64,000 bases of DNA from a virus (taxonomy: Duplodnaviria; Caudoviricetes): positions 1 to 64,000 of the IMG/VR virus record IMGVR_UViG_3300043364_000002, one strand, 5' to 3'. The position numbers were made by a program, and so were the translations under genes. The first letter of the stretch is position 1, and each line of letters starts with the position of its first letter. Below the pieces are notes generated by a model. The model made no database searches. It was not told the origin of the DNA and was given only the letters and a program-made list of their open reading frames with translations. Positions 1 to 9,383 of the stretch are shown here, piece after piece.

Positions 1-1
1 C

Positions 2-175
2 CTGTCGCGACGCGACGCAGCGAGGTCGCTCGGCATATCGCTGTCCGGTCTGGTTCTTTGGATGCGCGGCAAGGTTCGGCCGTGGCCTCACGTTCGCGAG
101 CGGATCGCTGCATGGAGCGACGGCGCTGTCGTTCCGAGTGCGTGGGATGCGCCCGCACAGAAAGTGGCCGCCTAA
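2..175 (+). CDS. Cro/XRE-like HTH protein, 5' truncated by window edge
   Basis: Manual translation (not in ORF track): LSRRDAARSLGISLSGLVLWMRGKVRPWPHVRERIAAWSDGAVVPSAW...VAA*, a typical Cro-type HTH ending; heads the rightward early operon. Confidence 0.65.
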   Translation: MSRRDAARSLGISLSGLVLWMRGKVRPWPHVRERIAAWSDGAVVPSAWDAPAQKVAA

Positions 176-368
176 ATGCCCGCCCCTCAACTCATCCTCC
201 GCCGCTACGTCCACGCCGCGTCCTCCGGCTGGCAGGGCGCACTCGAGCCGTCCGACCGCAGCTGGATCCTTTTCAGCGACGTCGACGGCCGTTCCGCTGC
301 TGTTTCTCTCCCGAGCGCGCGACGGCGCCGCTCTCCCGACGCTCCCAGCAAACGCGGTGCTTCAGTGA
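176..368 (+). pseudogene. Frameshifted paralog of the 642..818 small protein
   Basis: GWQGALEPSDRSWILFSDVDG then +1 frame VPLLFLSRARDGAA aligns with GWLGTVEPKSRRWILFVYENEMSVLFDRRDPSTGAV; shift at about 289-290 (CC). Confidence 0.45.
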
Positions 369-641
369 TCGCCGGGCGCCATCTCGACGAGCAGCGTCCA
401 CACGACGATCTCGCCACATCCGCGTGTCGGACATGGCGGGAAGACTTCCGCGACTTCCAACCTGGCCTTGGTCTTCGGCTCGCGCCGGTGGCGCGGGCAG
501 TCGGCCGCGTAAAGCCCGCCCCGGACAACGTCCTCCCCTGTTGTCGGCATGCGGCAAGCGTCGCTCCATTCGGTGTCACCAGGCAAAGAAACGTCATGAC
601 CATCCCGAACGCCGCAGGAAGAGCGGTTGAGAAAGGTACCC

Positions 642-818
642 ATGCCGCCAGTTCGAGTCACCCGTTTCCAGCAACCCGTCAACGGATGGCTCGGCACGGT
701 CGAGCCGAAGAGTCGACGCTGGATCTTGTTCGTTTACGAGAACGAGATGTCGGTGCTGTTCGATCGGCGCGATCCGTCGACTGGAGCGGTGAAGCCGCCG
801 GAACCGGAGAAGCGCTAG
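642..818 (+). CDS. Small hypothetical protein
   Basis: ATG after GAAAGG; paralog of 176..368. Confidence 0.6.
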   Translation: MPPVRVTRFQQPVNGWLGTVEPKSRRWILFVYENEMSVLFDRRDPSTGAVKPPEPEKR

Positions 819-994
819 TGCGGGCGGTCCGGTATCAGCTGCCAGTCGAGCGCGAGTCCGCACGGCTTGTCGCCGACGCGTGCGCCGCACGGCGGGAACG
901 GCTCTCTTTCGTGCAGCGCGGCAACTTGCTGATGCCCGGCGGCGCATTTGGCTTGGTAACTGCCAGCGCGCACACACGTTTCCCCTGTCTTCAT
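815..994 (-). CDS. Small Cys-containing (YjzC-like/zinc-ribbon) protein
   Basis: MKTGETCVRAGSYQAKC...EPFPPC...W; GGAG RBS upstream on minus strand. Confidence 0.5.
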   Translation of the reverse strand: MKTGETCVRAGSYQAKCAAGHQQVAALHEREPFPPCGARVGDKPCGLALDWQLIPDRPH

Positions 995-1873
995 CGTGCT
1001 CTCCAGCTGCCGTGGTTGGCAGGGCGGGCATCGTCGCCGAGTTCGGTCCAGTTGGGCAAGCAAGGAGCGTCTGGTGGCGTCTGACTTCCCGGCTGCCGCT
1101 CCGTCGCGCACGCGCGAGACCGCCCGACCTCCGCGGTCCGGCACACGGCGTGTCGTTCCAGGCGTTGCGCGCGTCAAACCGCTCCGTCCGCTTTCGGTGG
1201 TCGAGCGGCACGCTGAAGCCGCATTTCCTTGTCAAACGGTCCAATGCACGACCACCGCCGACTTCACGGCGCGCGTGCCCGCCTACGGCCTCTCCGTCGT
1301 CGTTCTGCTGTGCGACGCGTGCGCCAAGAAACTGCCCGAAGCCATCAAACCCGTCCCGCTGTCGAAGGAGCCCCGTTAGGCCATGTCCGCCGAGTCGTCG
1401 TCCAGAATCCCTAGTGCTGATCAGGTTGGTCATCGTATCGATGGTGTTAATAGCCACGTCTGCGGCAACTCCGCGACGGGCGCATCCGTTCAGCCATTCA
1501 CTCAAGTAACTGTTCAGCCCCCCAAGCACATCGGTCTGCGCCCGCATTCGTTGCCGCCGTCGCAGGTAGCGCAGCCGCCGCGCGCCCTTGACAGCTGCCG
1601 CCTGATTGCCCATCCGAGCGGACGCGTAGGCGTCATCTTCGCTCGCGACGCCGACGGTAAGCGCCAGACGCAAAAGCTCGTGGCGTCGATCGACGAAGCG
1701 CAGAAACTCGTGAAAGAGTGGCGAGCTAACCGCGCCGCTCGGGCTGGCGTTCTCGCATTTGTCGCCTGGCTCGCGAACTTCCTTCCGCACACTCCGCGGC
1801 CGTCGAACCACGGGCCCCACAGCAAATCCGGCATTCGAGCAAGGCCAGGCACGCGCAAGGCCGGTGGCGCACG

Positions 1874-2155
1874 ATGACCGGTCTATCGCCCAGGCAGGAA
1901 GCCGTCGTCAACGTGATGACGTCGCACTTCGAGCGCGTCGGACTGTGGCCGACTCTGCGCGAGATGGTTGCGGCGCTCGGCATCACGTCGCTTAACGGCA
2001 TCAGCGACCACCTCCGGCTTCTTATCAAAAAAGGCTACGTGAAACGCGTTGGCCACCGCCACGTCGTCATTCGATTGGCATCAGGGCAGCGCGTCGTCGC
2101 GCGGCTTGTCCCGGTTTACACGCCCGGCGAAGTCGGCGGCGAAGGAGATGAGTGA
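1874..2155 (+). CDS. LexA-type winged-HTH DNA-binding domain protein (no S24 peptidase domain)
   Basis: LSPRQEAV...G.WPTLREMVAALGITSLNGISDHLRLLIKKGYVKR matches LexA N-terminal domain pattern. Confidence 0.85.
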   Translation: MTGLSPRQEAVVNVMTSHFERVGLWPTLREMVAALGITSLNGISDHLRLLIKKGYVKRVGHRHVVIRLASGQRVVARLVPVYTPGEVGGEGDE

Positions 2156-3099
2156 TGAGTGAATTTGCACTAGGGGGGCGAGTTAGGCACGACGATACAC
2201 ATCGAGCGGGCACAGTAACTGGTCATTTGGTTTTTCAGGGAGTGACTTTCTACGATGTCGTCTTCGACGACCGCGAATGCTCGCGGCACGCGGGCCCGTA
2301 CTTGTCTGACCACGTCGACACCTTCCCTATCTCAGCTGACAAGGACCCGTGGCGCCAGAGTGAGCCTTCTTCTAGCAAGTGCTGCAAAGCTATTGGTACG
2401 CGCGACGGCTTTCATTGGGAGTGTACCCGAGCCCCGCTGCACGCCGGGCATCATGTGGCGCGAATTATTGCCGGCGACGTGTGCTTCCGCTGGCCGCAAG
2501 AGACAGCGCCGAAGCCTGGCCCGCGCGTTGGCGATGAGGTTGTCGCCGCGGAGCTAGTTTACGGCATGGGCCCAGGACACCGCGGCTCGATCGTTTCGAC
2601 GGAGCCCAAGGAGGGTGTGTTTGCTGTTCGTTTCCAGTACGACCGGCCAGGGTTTAGGTTTTTCAAGAACATCGATTTCGGCGGGAAGATCGTCCCCGCG
2701 GCCGAGTGGGATGCGCGGCAGAAGGCGCCTCCAGCCCCCACCGGCGTGGCCGGTGTTTGCGGCGACGGTGGACCGATCCATCTGCTCAGCCCCGAGCCGC
2801 CACCAGCGGGCCGCTTCGACTTCCTCAAACCATTTCACGATAACTTCATCATCCAAGCGCAGCTTTCTGGGTTGCCGCAACCGGAACTGATGTGCACGGC
2901 GAAGGTCACGTCGTTCGCGCGCGCCCTATTCGAGCTCGACTTTGCCGAGCATGCCATTCGCGTCGGCGACGAAGGCAAGGGCGGTATCGGTAAGGCCGCT
3001 GTGCTCGCGCGGATGTGGGAACGGGCGTCGGAAGACACGCGGTCAACGTACGAGTGGCGCGCGGCTGTTGTGCTCAAGCGCGCGGGAGAGCTCGCATGA
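2152..3099 (+). CDS. Hypothetical mosaic protein with two SH3/KOW-like segments and a Cys/His motif
   Basis: GGRVRH..GTVT..YDVVFD and VGDEVV..GSIVS..FAVRF; CTRAPLHAGHH; coupled to neighbours. Confidence 0.65.
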   Translation: MMSEFALGGRVRHDDTHRAGTVTGHLVFQGVTFYDVVFDDRECSRHAGPYLSDHVDTFPISADKDPWRQSEPSSSKCCKAIGTRDGFHWECTRAPLHAGHHVARIIAGDVCFRWPQETAPKPGPRVGDEVVAAELVYGMGPGHRGSIVSTEPKEGVFAVRFQYDRPGFRFFKNIDFGGKIVPAAEWDARQKAPPAPTGVAGVCGDGGPIHLLSPEPPPAGRFDFLKPFHDNFIIQAQLSGLPQPELMCTAKVTSFARALFELDFAEHAIRVGDEGKGGIGKAAVLARMWERASEDTRSTYEWRAAVVLKRAGELA

Positions 3100-3245
3100 G
3101 CCTCAAAACGCAACTCATCTGGACGTTCATGGCCTTCTACTTCGTAGGCGCGCTAGCCATGCTCGTCCCGTTCCCGTGGACCGTCGTCGCCGGTGGTCTG
3201 GTTGGCGGAGTGGCCAGCGTTGTCTCCTCGCGGTGGACGGCATGA
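3096..3245 (+). CDS. Small membrane protein
   Basis: Two hydrophobic stretches; ATGA overlaps both sides. Confidence 0.55.
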   Translation: MSLKTQLIWTFMAFYFVGALAMLVPFPWTVVAGGLVGGVASVVSSRWTA

Positions 3246-3394
3246 CCATCGTTGCCCTCGAAGCCTGCGACATCGTCTCCGCGGCAGCACTCGACGCCGC
3301 AGCGCCGGTCGTAGCTGTCGCCGGGCTCGCCATCCTCATCGTGTTCGCCGTGCTGGAGATGCGGGAAGTGCCGCGGGGGAGACGCCGGTTATGA
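3242..3394 (+). CDS. Small membrane protein
   Basis: VVAVAGLAILIVFAVL TM; ATGA overlaps. Confidence 0.5.
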   Translation: MTIVALEACDIVSAAALDAAAPVVAVAGLAILIVFAVLEMREVPRGRRRL

Positions 3395-3609
3395 CCCGCA
3401 TCATCCTCATCGCCTGCGTCCTCTTCATCGGCTGCGACCGCGCCGACGAGCTCTTGGCGGCCGCCGTTCTCGAGGCGATCGCCGACCGTCCGGTGGCGCA
3501 CAGTGATCACGCGGTCGACTGCGCGAAGGGGTTGGACCGTTACATAGCGCCCGGAGTGCAGGCAACGATCGACTGCCGCCCGCTCGACGCTGGGAGGCGG
3601 ACGCGATGA
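3391..3609 (+). CDS. Putative small lipoprotein
   Basis: MTRIILIACVLFIGC lipobox-like N-terminus. Confidence 0.55.
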   Translation: MTRIILIACVLFIGCDRADELLAAAVLEAIADRPVAHSDHAVDCAKGLDRYIAPGVQATIDCRPLDAGRRTR

Positions 3610-3782
3610 CGGTCGCCGAACTGATCGCGTTGCTCCAGAAGGCAGACCCGTCGCTACGCGTGCTCGTAAGCACCTTGCGCGCTGAACTCGACGTAGATCC
3701 GGAGTTTACAGGCACCGGCGACAACGACGGCGGTAGCGCCTTCTACATTGAGCCTGTCGACTCGCCGGAGGATGACTCGTGA
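3606..3782 (+). CDS. Small phage hypothetical protein (MTVAELIALLQK.DP type)
   Basis: Manual translation, 58 aa, ATGA overlap with upstream gene. Confidence 0.55.
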   Translation: MTVAELIALLQKADPSLRVLVSTLRAELDVDPEFTGTGDNDGGSAFYIEPVDSPEDDS

Positions 3783-3918
3783 GACAGAGAATTTACCCCA
3801 TGGGACCCATCCTGGCGTGGGCAAACTTCTGCGGGTTCGCGTTCGATATGGCGTTAGTAAAACGCGTCGAGCGCCTAGGTCGCGACATCGCCACTTGGTT
3901 CGGATTGGAGACAGCGTA

Positions 3919-4164
3919 ATGTTCGGCAACAAGAACGACACAGCCAAAACGAGCGGCGCAGTCGGTGGCAAAACGCGCGTCGTCAATGCCGCCAACCGCG
4001 AGCGCGAGACGCTGATCCCGCCGCCGATGAAGCCGGCGAAGAAGGCGCCGATTGGGCTTCATCAGCCAGACGTTTATGAGGAGAGAAGGTCCGCTGGCAC
4101 TGAGTTCGCGGAGCGCGTGCTGGCAAACCGCCCAGCAAAGCCGCCGCAGCGGAGGAGCACATGA
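3919..4164 (+). CDS. Basic hypothetical protein
   Basis: GGAG RBS; ATGA overlap with HNH gene. Confidence 0.5.
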   Translation: MFGNKNDTAKTSGAVGGKTRVVNAANRERETLIPPPMKPAKKAPIGLHQPDVYEERRSAGTEFAERVLANRPAKPPQRRST

Positions 4165-4835
4165 GCACAAGCCGCGCCTTCACGCTGGAGCCGGAGTCGA
4201 AGCTTACGCGCGGCCCCAATGGCCGCAAGTGCTGTCGCCAATGCGGTACCGAGACGCGGCCGCCGGCCCGCACGTTTTGCTCGAAGGCATGCGTGGACGC
4301 TTGGAAAGTCTCTCGGCCCAGTCCGGCGGCGGCCCGCGACATGCTGTTTGAGCGTGATCGCGGCGTCTGCGCGATCTGCGATCGAGACACAGAGGCCGAC
4401 CGGTACCGCCTTGAAGGTATGATGATTGTGCTTGTCGAGCTGTATATGCGGCCGTTCGGGAGCGGCCGCGGTCAGGTCCGCGGGTCCGTTCACGAGGCCG
4501 TTTACAATCAGTCATTTCAGTTGCGCTGCGGCCGCTATTGGAGCGACCGCCACGACGTGGTCTATTCGGTTGAGGAAGCGGACCGCCACCGACCAGTCTT
4601 CACGCCAATCGAATACGCCCCGTTCCTGCGGATGTGCCGCGAACTGAAGCTATCGAAGCCGTACGGTGGGCAACATCTCTGGGAAGCCGACCACATCGTT
4701 CCTGTCGTCGAAGGCGGTGGCGAGTGCGGCATTGAAAACTATCGCACGCTGTGCATCGCGTGTCATCGCGCCGAAACGGCAAAGCTAGCTGCACGGCGCG
4801 CCGTAAAGCGCCGCGGCGAGAAGGTGGCGTCATGA
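4161..4835 (+). CDS. HNH endonuclease with N-terminal Zn finger
   Basis: CRQC..FCSKAC; RDRGVCAIC; WEADHIVPVVEGGG..ENYRTLCIACH. Confidence 0.88.
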   Translation: MSTSRAFTLEPESKLTRGPNGRKCCRQCGTETRPPARTFCSKACVDAWKVSRPSPAAARDMLFERDRGVCAICDRDTEADRYRLEGMMIVLVELYMRPFGSGRGQVRGSVHEAVYNQSFQLRCGRYWSDRHDVVYSVEEADRHRPVFTPIEYAPFLRMCRELKLSKPYGGQHLWEADHIVPVVEGGGECGIENYRTLCIACHRAETAKLAARRAVKRRGEKVAS

Positions 4836-5212
4836 CCCGCATCGCCTACGGCTTCGCTGCCGACGACCAGGACGACGAGTGGTTAGGCGCATACGCGACG
4901 CGCGAGGAAGCCATCGCGGAAGGCGCCAAACACTTCGCGCTCACGGATGGCGACACCTTCTTTGTGTGCCGCGGCGAGTACCCCGACATGGGGAAGTTCA
5001 TTCCGGACGCGGAGTCGATCATCGAGATGCTGCGCGAATCGCTTGACGACGAGTGCAACGTCGACGGGCAGGAGATCGAAGTCACGGGCGGCACCGAGGA
5101 GCTTAACGAGTTCCTCCGCGATTGGGCGCGGCGCAATCTGAAACCGTCCATGTGGGTCAAAGTTGGCGATGCCGAACTCGTTGTGGTCGGCGAAGCAAAG
5201 GAGCCGGCATGA
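4832..5212 (+). CDS. Acidic phage hypothetical protein
   Basis: W.G.YATREEAIAEG pattern common in phage early genes; coupled starts/stops. Confidence 0.7.
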   Translation: MTRIAYGFAADDQDDEWLGAYATREEAIAEGAKHFALTDGDTFFVCRGEYPDMGKFIPDAESIIEMLRESLDDECNVDGQEIEVTGGTEELNEFLRDWARRNLKPSMWVKVGDAELVVVGEAKEPA

Positions 5213-5484
5213 GCGAGAAAACCTGCACCGTCTGCAAGCTACCGTGGCCGCTCTCCGCGTTCTCCCGCCGCGGCGACGGTCACCGGTCGAACTGCAAAAA
5301 GTGCGACGGCGAGGACCGCGCGAAGCGCTACAGGCGTCACGCGACCGGCACGGATGAACCGAAGCTCGGCAAGTCGCACAGGTGGATCGCCGCGCAGCTC
5401 GGCATCTCGAAAAGCTGGGTTCAGATTCTCGAGCGGCGCGGGCTTGCGAAGCTTCGGGCCGCGTGCGCGGAAGGTTGGCGATGA
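5209..5484 (+). CDS. Zn-finger plus sigma-70 region 4-like HTH protein
   Basis: CTVC..CKKC then SHRWIAAQLGISKSWVQILERRGLAKLR. Confidence 0.7.
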   Translation: MSEKTCTVCKLPWPLSAFSRRGDGHRSNCKKCDGEDRAKRYRRHATGTDEPKLGKSHRWIAAQLGISKSWVQILERRGLAKLRAACAEGWR

Positions 5485-5819
5485 TGTTCGGTTGGGTATC
5501 GGGATGGGGGATCTGCTTGCAAATGAGGTCCGTTATGCAGTTAGCACTGTCGGCTGGGTTGTTCGTTGTTGCTCTCTGGCTGTTCATCGCGATCGATTGG
5601 TGGTCGGCGCGACGCACACGCAAGCGCATCGCGGAAGCGGTCGCGGCTGAGCACGACGAGAGCGCGGCGATTCCGATCACGATCGAGGAGATCGCGGGCG
5701 GGCGCGGAACATATCTGCTGCTTTCTGAGGAGATTGCGCGGCCGATCTTCTCGTGCCCGCCGTTGATAGAAGATGGCCCGCGCACGGCAGCAGCACGACG
5801 GTGCTGGGGGAAGAACTAG
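5481..5819 (+). CDS. Membrane-anchored hypothetical protein
   Basis: LSAGLFVVALWLFIAIDWW TM segment. Confidence 0.5.
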   Translation: MMFGWVSGWGICLQMRSVMQLALSAGLFVVALWLFIAIDWWSARRTRKRIAEAVAAEHDESAAIPITIEEIAGGRGTYLLLSEEIARPIFSCPPLIEDGPRTAAARRCWGKN

Positions 5820-6215
5820 ATGCTGTTCGACACCAAAGCCGACCGCAAAGTTCGCCGCCTAACCGACGCCGATCTCGCTCGCTGCCAAGAGATTCTCGAC
5901 AGGATGGAGAGTCTTACATGTGTTGAAAGTTGGTTACTTTTGCGGGACCTGCGGCTGGCGCGCGAAGAGCTCGCCGCCCCCCCTCAAGGCCAAGGTGACG
6001 CGATGAAACGCGCCCTCACCCTTCTGGCCATGCCGCTCTACGCGGTCGCCATCGCGGTCGAAGTCCTTGCGGTCGCGTACCGCGCAGCGCAGCGCGAGCG
6101 CCGGCTGCAACGCGAAGCGCACGACGCCGTGGCGCGGCACCGGTCAGACCTCCGCGTCGAGTTCGCCAAGCACCGCAACTGCTCGTCTTACGAGCGGGAA
6201 TGGTGGCTGAATTGA
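5820..6215 (+). CDS. Probably two small genes fused by an extra C in a C7 run
   Basis: Removing one C at 5977-5983 gives ...LKAKVTR* with ATGA overlap onto MKRALTLL at 6003. Confidence 0.45.
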   Translation: MLFDTKADRKVRRLTDADLARCQEILDRMESLTCVESWLLLRDLRLAREELAAPPQGQGDAMKRALTLLAMPLYAVAIAVEVLAVAYRAAQRERRLQREAHDAVARHRSDLRVEFAKHRNCSSYEREWWLN

Positions 6216-6432
6216 AACCGTGTTTGGGAATACGTGCGCGTAAGCGGCTTGGGCTGAAGACGCCGCCGCCCGATATCCGCGCCGAGCGTGTGCCGCGTGG
6301 ATACTGCTGCTCCACGTGTTCGCGCACACCGCCGCGTCTCGTCGTCATCACGTGCGGCACGTTGCCGTATTGGTACGGGTTCTGCTCCTCGTGCGTCGAC
6401 GAGATGGCGGAAGCCGCGGAAGGGTTGGCGCG

Positions 6433-7128
6433 ATGATCGGCCACTTCTGGACCCCAGCCGAAGACGCGATCCTGCGCGAGCACTTCCCGGCCACCGGCTC
6501 CCGCGCCGTCGCCGAGCTGACGGGCAAATCACGCGGCGCCGTGCGGCTCCGTGCCCAGCGGCTCCACGTCGAAACCCGCCCCCGCTGGACCGACCAGCAG
6601 GACAGCGTACTCAGGGACATGTGGGGCGTCTGCCCCATCCGCGACATCCTAGTCGCCGTCCCGCACACGACCGCTGCCATCCACCGGCGCGCCAGCCGGC
6701 TCGGCATCGGGCAGGGCTGTCCGGTCGGTTACGAGTACGTTCAAGTCGCGGCACGCCGCTCAGGCTTCGGGGCGGCCCATCTGCGGCGCATCCTCAAGTG
6801 GGCCGGCGTCACCGTGCACCGCGCGATGGTTCGGCATCCGGACGACGTCAGGTGTCCGCGCCACTACGTTGACCCCAGGCTCGTCGACAATGCGGTCGCG
6901 GACTGGCTGCAGACGGAGACGCCTGCGGTTGCGGCGAAGCGCTACGGGCTTGGCGAGCGCCGGCTGCGCGTGTGGCTGCGTGAGGCGGCCGCTGCGGGCG
7001 TCGAGATGCCGCGTGACCCGGCGCGTGGGCGGTGTCGCTGGTGGATACCGTCGGCGACCATTGACGCCGTTGTTGCTGCGCGCGGATGGCGGCCGGTGCG
7101 GGCGGAGAAGATCCGGAGGGTGGCGTAA
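6433..7128 (+). CDS. Myb/SANT-like tandem HTH repeat DNA-binding protein
   Basis: FWTPAEDAILREHF...AVRLRAQRL and RWTDQQDSVLRDMW...AIHRRASRLG; further HTH-like segments. Confidence 0.7.
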   Translation: MIGHFWTPAEDAILREHFPATGSRAVAELTGKSRGAVRLRAQRLHVETRPRWTDQQDSVLRDMWGVCPIRDILVAVPHTTAAIHRRASRLGIGQGCPVGYEYVQVAARRSGFGAAHLRRILKWAGVTVHRAMVRHPDDVRCPRHYVDPRLVDNAVADWLQTETPAVAAKRYGLGERRLRVWLREAAAAGVEMPRDPARGRCRWWIPSATIDAVVAARGWRPVRAEKIRRVA

Positions 7129-7970
7129 TGACTACTTACGAAACCTACGGCGAGTTCGTTGCGAGACTTGCTCGCATTGATCCAGGCGTGAAGCCGAGGC
7201 CTGGTCCGGCCGACTACTGGCAGCTTTACGTGTGGGAACGGCCAAGGAACGTTATCCCGCCTAAGAAACCGAAGATGATCCTGATGACGCTTCCCCGGTG
7301 GATGCTCGGCAGCGATATCTCTGGGTACAAGCAATGCCGCCAGTGCGAGGGTTTTCTTGAGCGCAGCGGCGGTTTCCACAAGGACTTAGGAAGTCCTGAC
7401 AACCTTAGGCCAATTTGCAAAAACTGTTGCGCCAAAAAGTCGGCGTCTAACTACGCTAAAAACGGTGCGGCGATGCGCGAAGCTTCGCGTGCGCGCGGCG
7501 CTACTCCGCAGTACAAGGCGCAGCGCAAGGCTAGGCGAGAACGGACCATGGATAAGATCCGTGTCGCTTCTAGGGAGTACGCACTGCGTCGGCCCGACGT
7601 GCTTAAGAAGGCCACGGACAAGTGGCGAGCCAAACCGCAGAGTGAAGAGTTTCTGAAGAAACGAAACGAGCAGCGCCGAGAGACGGATCGTCGACACCCG
7701 CTGACCCGCAAGCTTGGCATCGCTCGGTACAGAGCCAAGCTTAAGGCGCGTCGACTGCACAGTATCTCGTCGACCGATCTGCAAGCGCGCATCAGCGTTT
7801 TCGGTGACAAGTGCGCTTACTGCGGCGCCGCGTGGTCACGCCTCGATCACCTTAAGCCGATCGCTCGCGGCGGTCCGCACTGCCTGTCTAACCTCAGGCC
7901 GGCGTGCGCGAGTTGCAACCACCGCAAATCTTCGAAGCCAGCATTTGGTGTGGCTCGAGATGGTCCGTAA
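7128..7970 (+). CDS. HNH endonuclease (true end probably 7986 after a +1 frameshift)
   Basis: CRQC..CKNC N-terminal; CAYCG..DHLKPIARGG.H.LSNLRPACASCNHRK. Confidence 0.88.
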   Translation: MTTYETYGEFVARLARIDPGVKPRPGPADYWQLYVWERPRNVIPPKKPKMILMTLPRWMLGSDISGYKQCRQCEGFLERSGGFHKDLGSPDNLRPICKNCCAKKSASNYAKNGAAMREASRARGATPQYKAQRKARRERTMDKIRVASREYALRRPDVLKKATDKWRAKPQSEEFLKKRNEQRRETDRRHPLTRKLGIARYRAKLKARRLHSISSTDLQARISVFGDKCAYCGAAWSRLDHLKPIARGGPHCLSNLRPACASCNHRKSSKPAFGVARDGP

Positions 7971-7982
7971 GGGGAAAAGCAG

Positions 7983-9383
7983 ATGAGCGACGCGTACCAA
8001 GAGTTTATTGCCAGCAAGTGGACCGTTGCGCCGAGCAGCGGCATTGCGACCGTTCCGGCGCTGTCGTCTAAACTCAAAGAACACCAGCGGCTCCTGACAT
8101 CGTGGGCGCTCCGCCGCGGGCGCGCCGCGATCTTCGCAGACACCGGACTCGGCAAGGGCTGGATGATCTTGGAGTGGTCGCGCGTTGTGGCGCAGCACAC
8201 CGGCAAGCCTGTTCTCATTCTCGCACCGCTTGCCGTGTCTCAACAGTTTGCGCGAGAGGCCGAGAAACTCGGAACTGGGCTCACCGTCTGCTCGTCGCAG
8301 GCCGACGTGCGACCTGGCGTCAACGTAACGAATTATCAGAAACTGCATCGCTTCGACGCGTCTTCGTTCGGTGGCGTAGCTGCCGACGAGAGCTCGATCA
8401 TGAAGCACCTTAACGGTCACTACCGAGGCGAGTTGATCGAGAGTTTCCGGGCGACACCGTTCCGCTTGTCCGCGACAGCTACGCCGTCGCCAAACGACTT
8501 CACCGAGCTCGGTGGGCAAGCTGAGTTTCTTGGCATCTGCACGCACCAAGAGATGCTCTCAACGTTCTTCGTGCACGACGGTTCCAGCACGCAGGACTGG
8601 AGACTCAAGGGACACGCCCGCGAGGCGTTCTGGCGTTGGGTGTGCAGTTGGGGCGCGATCGTTAAGCTTCCGAGCGATCTTGGGTGCGATGACGCAGGCT
8701 ACATTCTGCCGCCGCTCCGGTACCACGAGCACGTTATCCCGGCGTCTGAGGACGAGACCCGCGCGTCTGGCCTTCTGTTCGCTGCGCCGGCTGCGACGCT
8801 CAATGAGCAGCGCGCCGCCCGCAGGGGGAGCCTTTCTGGCCGAGTGGCCAAGTCTGTCGAGCTGGCGAACGCGGCAGATGGCCAGGTCATCGTGTGGTGC
8901 GATCTCAACGTTGAGAGCGACGCGCTGTCGAGGGCGATCGACGGCGCTGTCGAAGTCATCGGCTCGCAGGATGACGATGAGAAGGAGGCGGCAATCGACG
9001 CTTTCCTAACCGGCAAGGCGCGCGTGATTGTTTCCAAAACCAGTCTGATGGGGTTCGGGCTAAATGTTCAGTGCGCAAACACCCAAGTGTTCTGCGGCGT
9101 CAGCCACAGTTTCGAGGCGTTCTTCCAGGGAGTAAGGAGAAGCTGGCGTTTTGGGCAAGAAAAGCCGGTCGACGTGCACATCGTGTCGTCCGAACTTGAG
9201 GGACGCGTTGTTGAGAACCTGAAAGAGAAGCAGCGAAAAGCTGATGAGCTTTCGCAAGAAACACGTCGCCACGTGGCCGCGTACATTCGCACGGCCGTAA
9301 GCGCCAGCGGCAGAGATGTCGTTCGGTACAACCCAACCAAGAAGTTCCGCTGGCCGTCGTGGATGCAGACGGAGGAGTCGTGA
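7983..9383 (+). CDS. SF2 (SNF2-like) helicase
   Basis: ADTGLGKG Walker A, ADESS Walker B, SATATP motif III, GFGLNVQ, QGVRRSWRFGQ motif VI. Confidence 0.9.
   Translation: MSDAYQEFIASKWTVAPSSGIATVPALSSKLKEHQRLLTSWALRRGRAAIFADTGLGKGWMILEWSRVVAQHTGKPVLILAPLAVSQQFAREAEKLGTGLTVCSSQADVRPGVNVTNYQKLHRFDASSFGGVAADESSIMKHLNGHYRGELIESFRATPFRLSATATPSPNDFTELGGQAEFLGICTHQEMLSTFFVHDGSSTQDWRLKGHAREAFWRWVCSWGAIVKLPSDLGCDDAGYILPPLRYHEHVIPASEDETRASGLLFAAPAATLNEQRAARRGSLSGRVAKSVELANAADGQVIVWCDLNVESDALSRAIDGAVEVIGSQDDDEKEAAIDAFLTGKARVIVSKTSLMGFGLNVQCANTQVFCGVSHSFEAFFQGVRRSWRFGQEKPVDVHIVSSELEGRVVENLKEKQRKADELSQETRRHVAAYIRTAVSASGRDVVRYNPTKKFRWPSWMQTEES

Noticed and set aside
594-1820. Long minus-strand ORF (408 aa) and other long antisense ORFs such as 4883-5785, 23936-24979, 27840-28769
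   Set aside because: Arg/Ser-rich shadow ORFs expected in high-GC DNA, overlapping well-supported plus-strand genes
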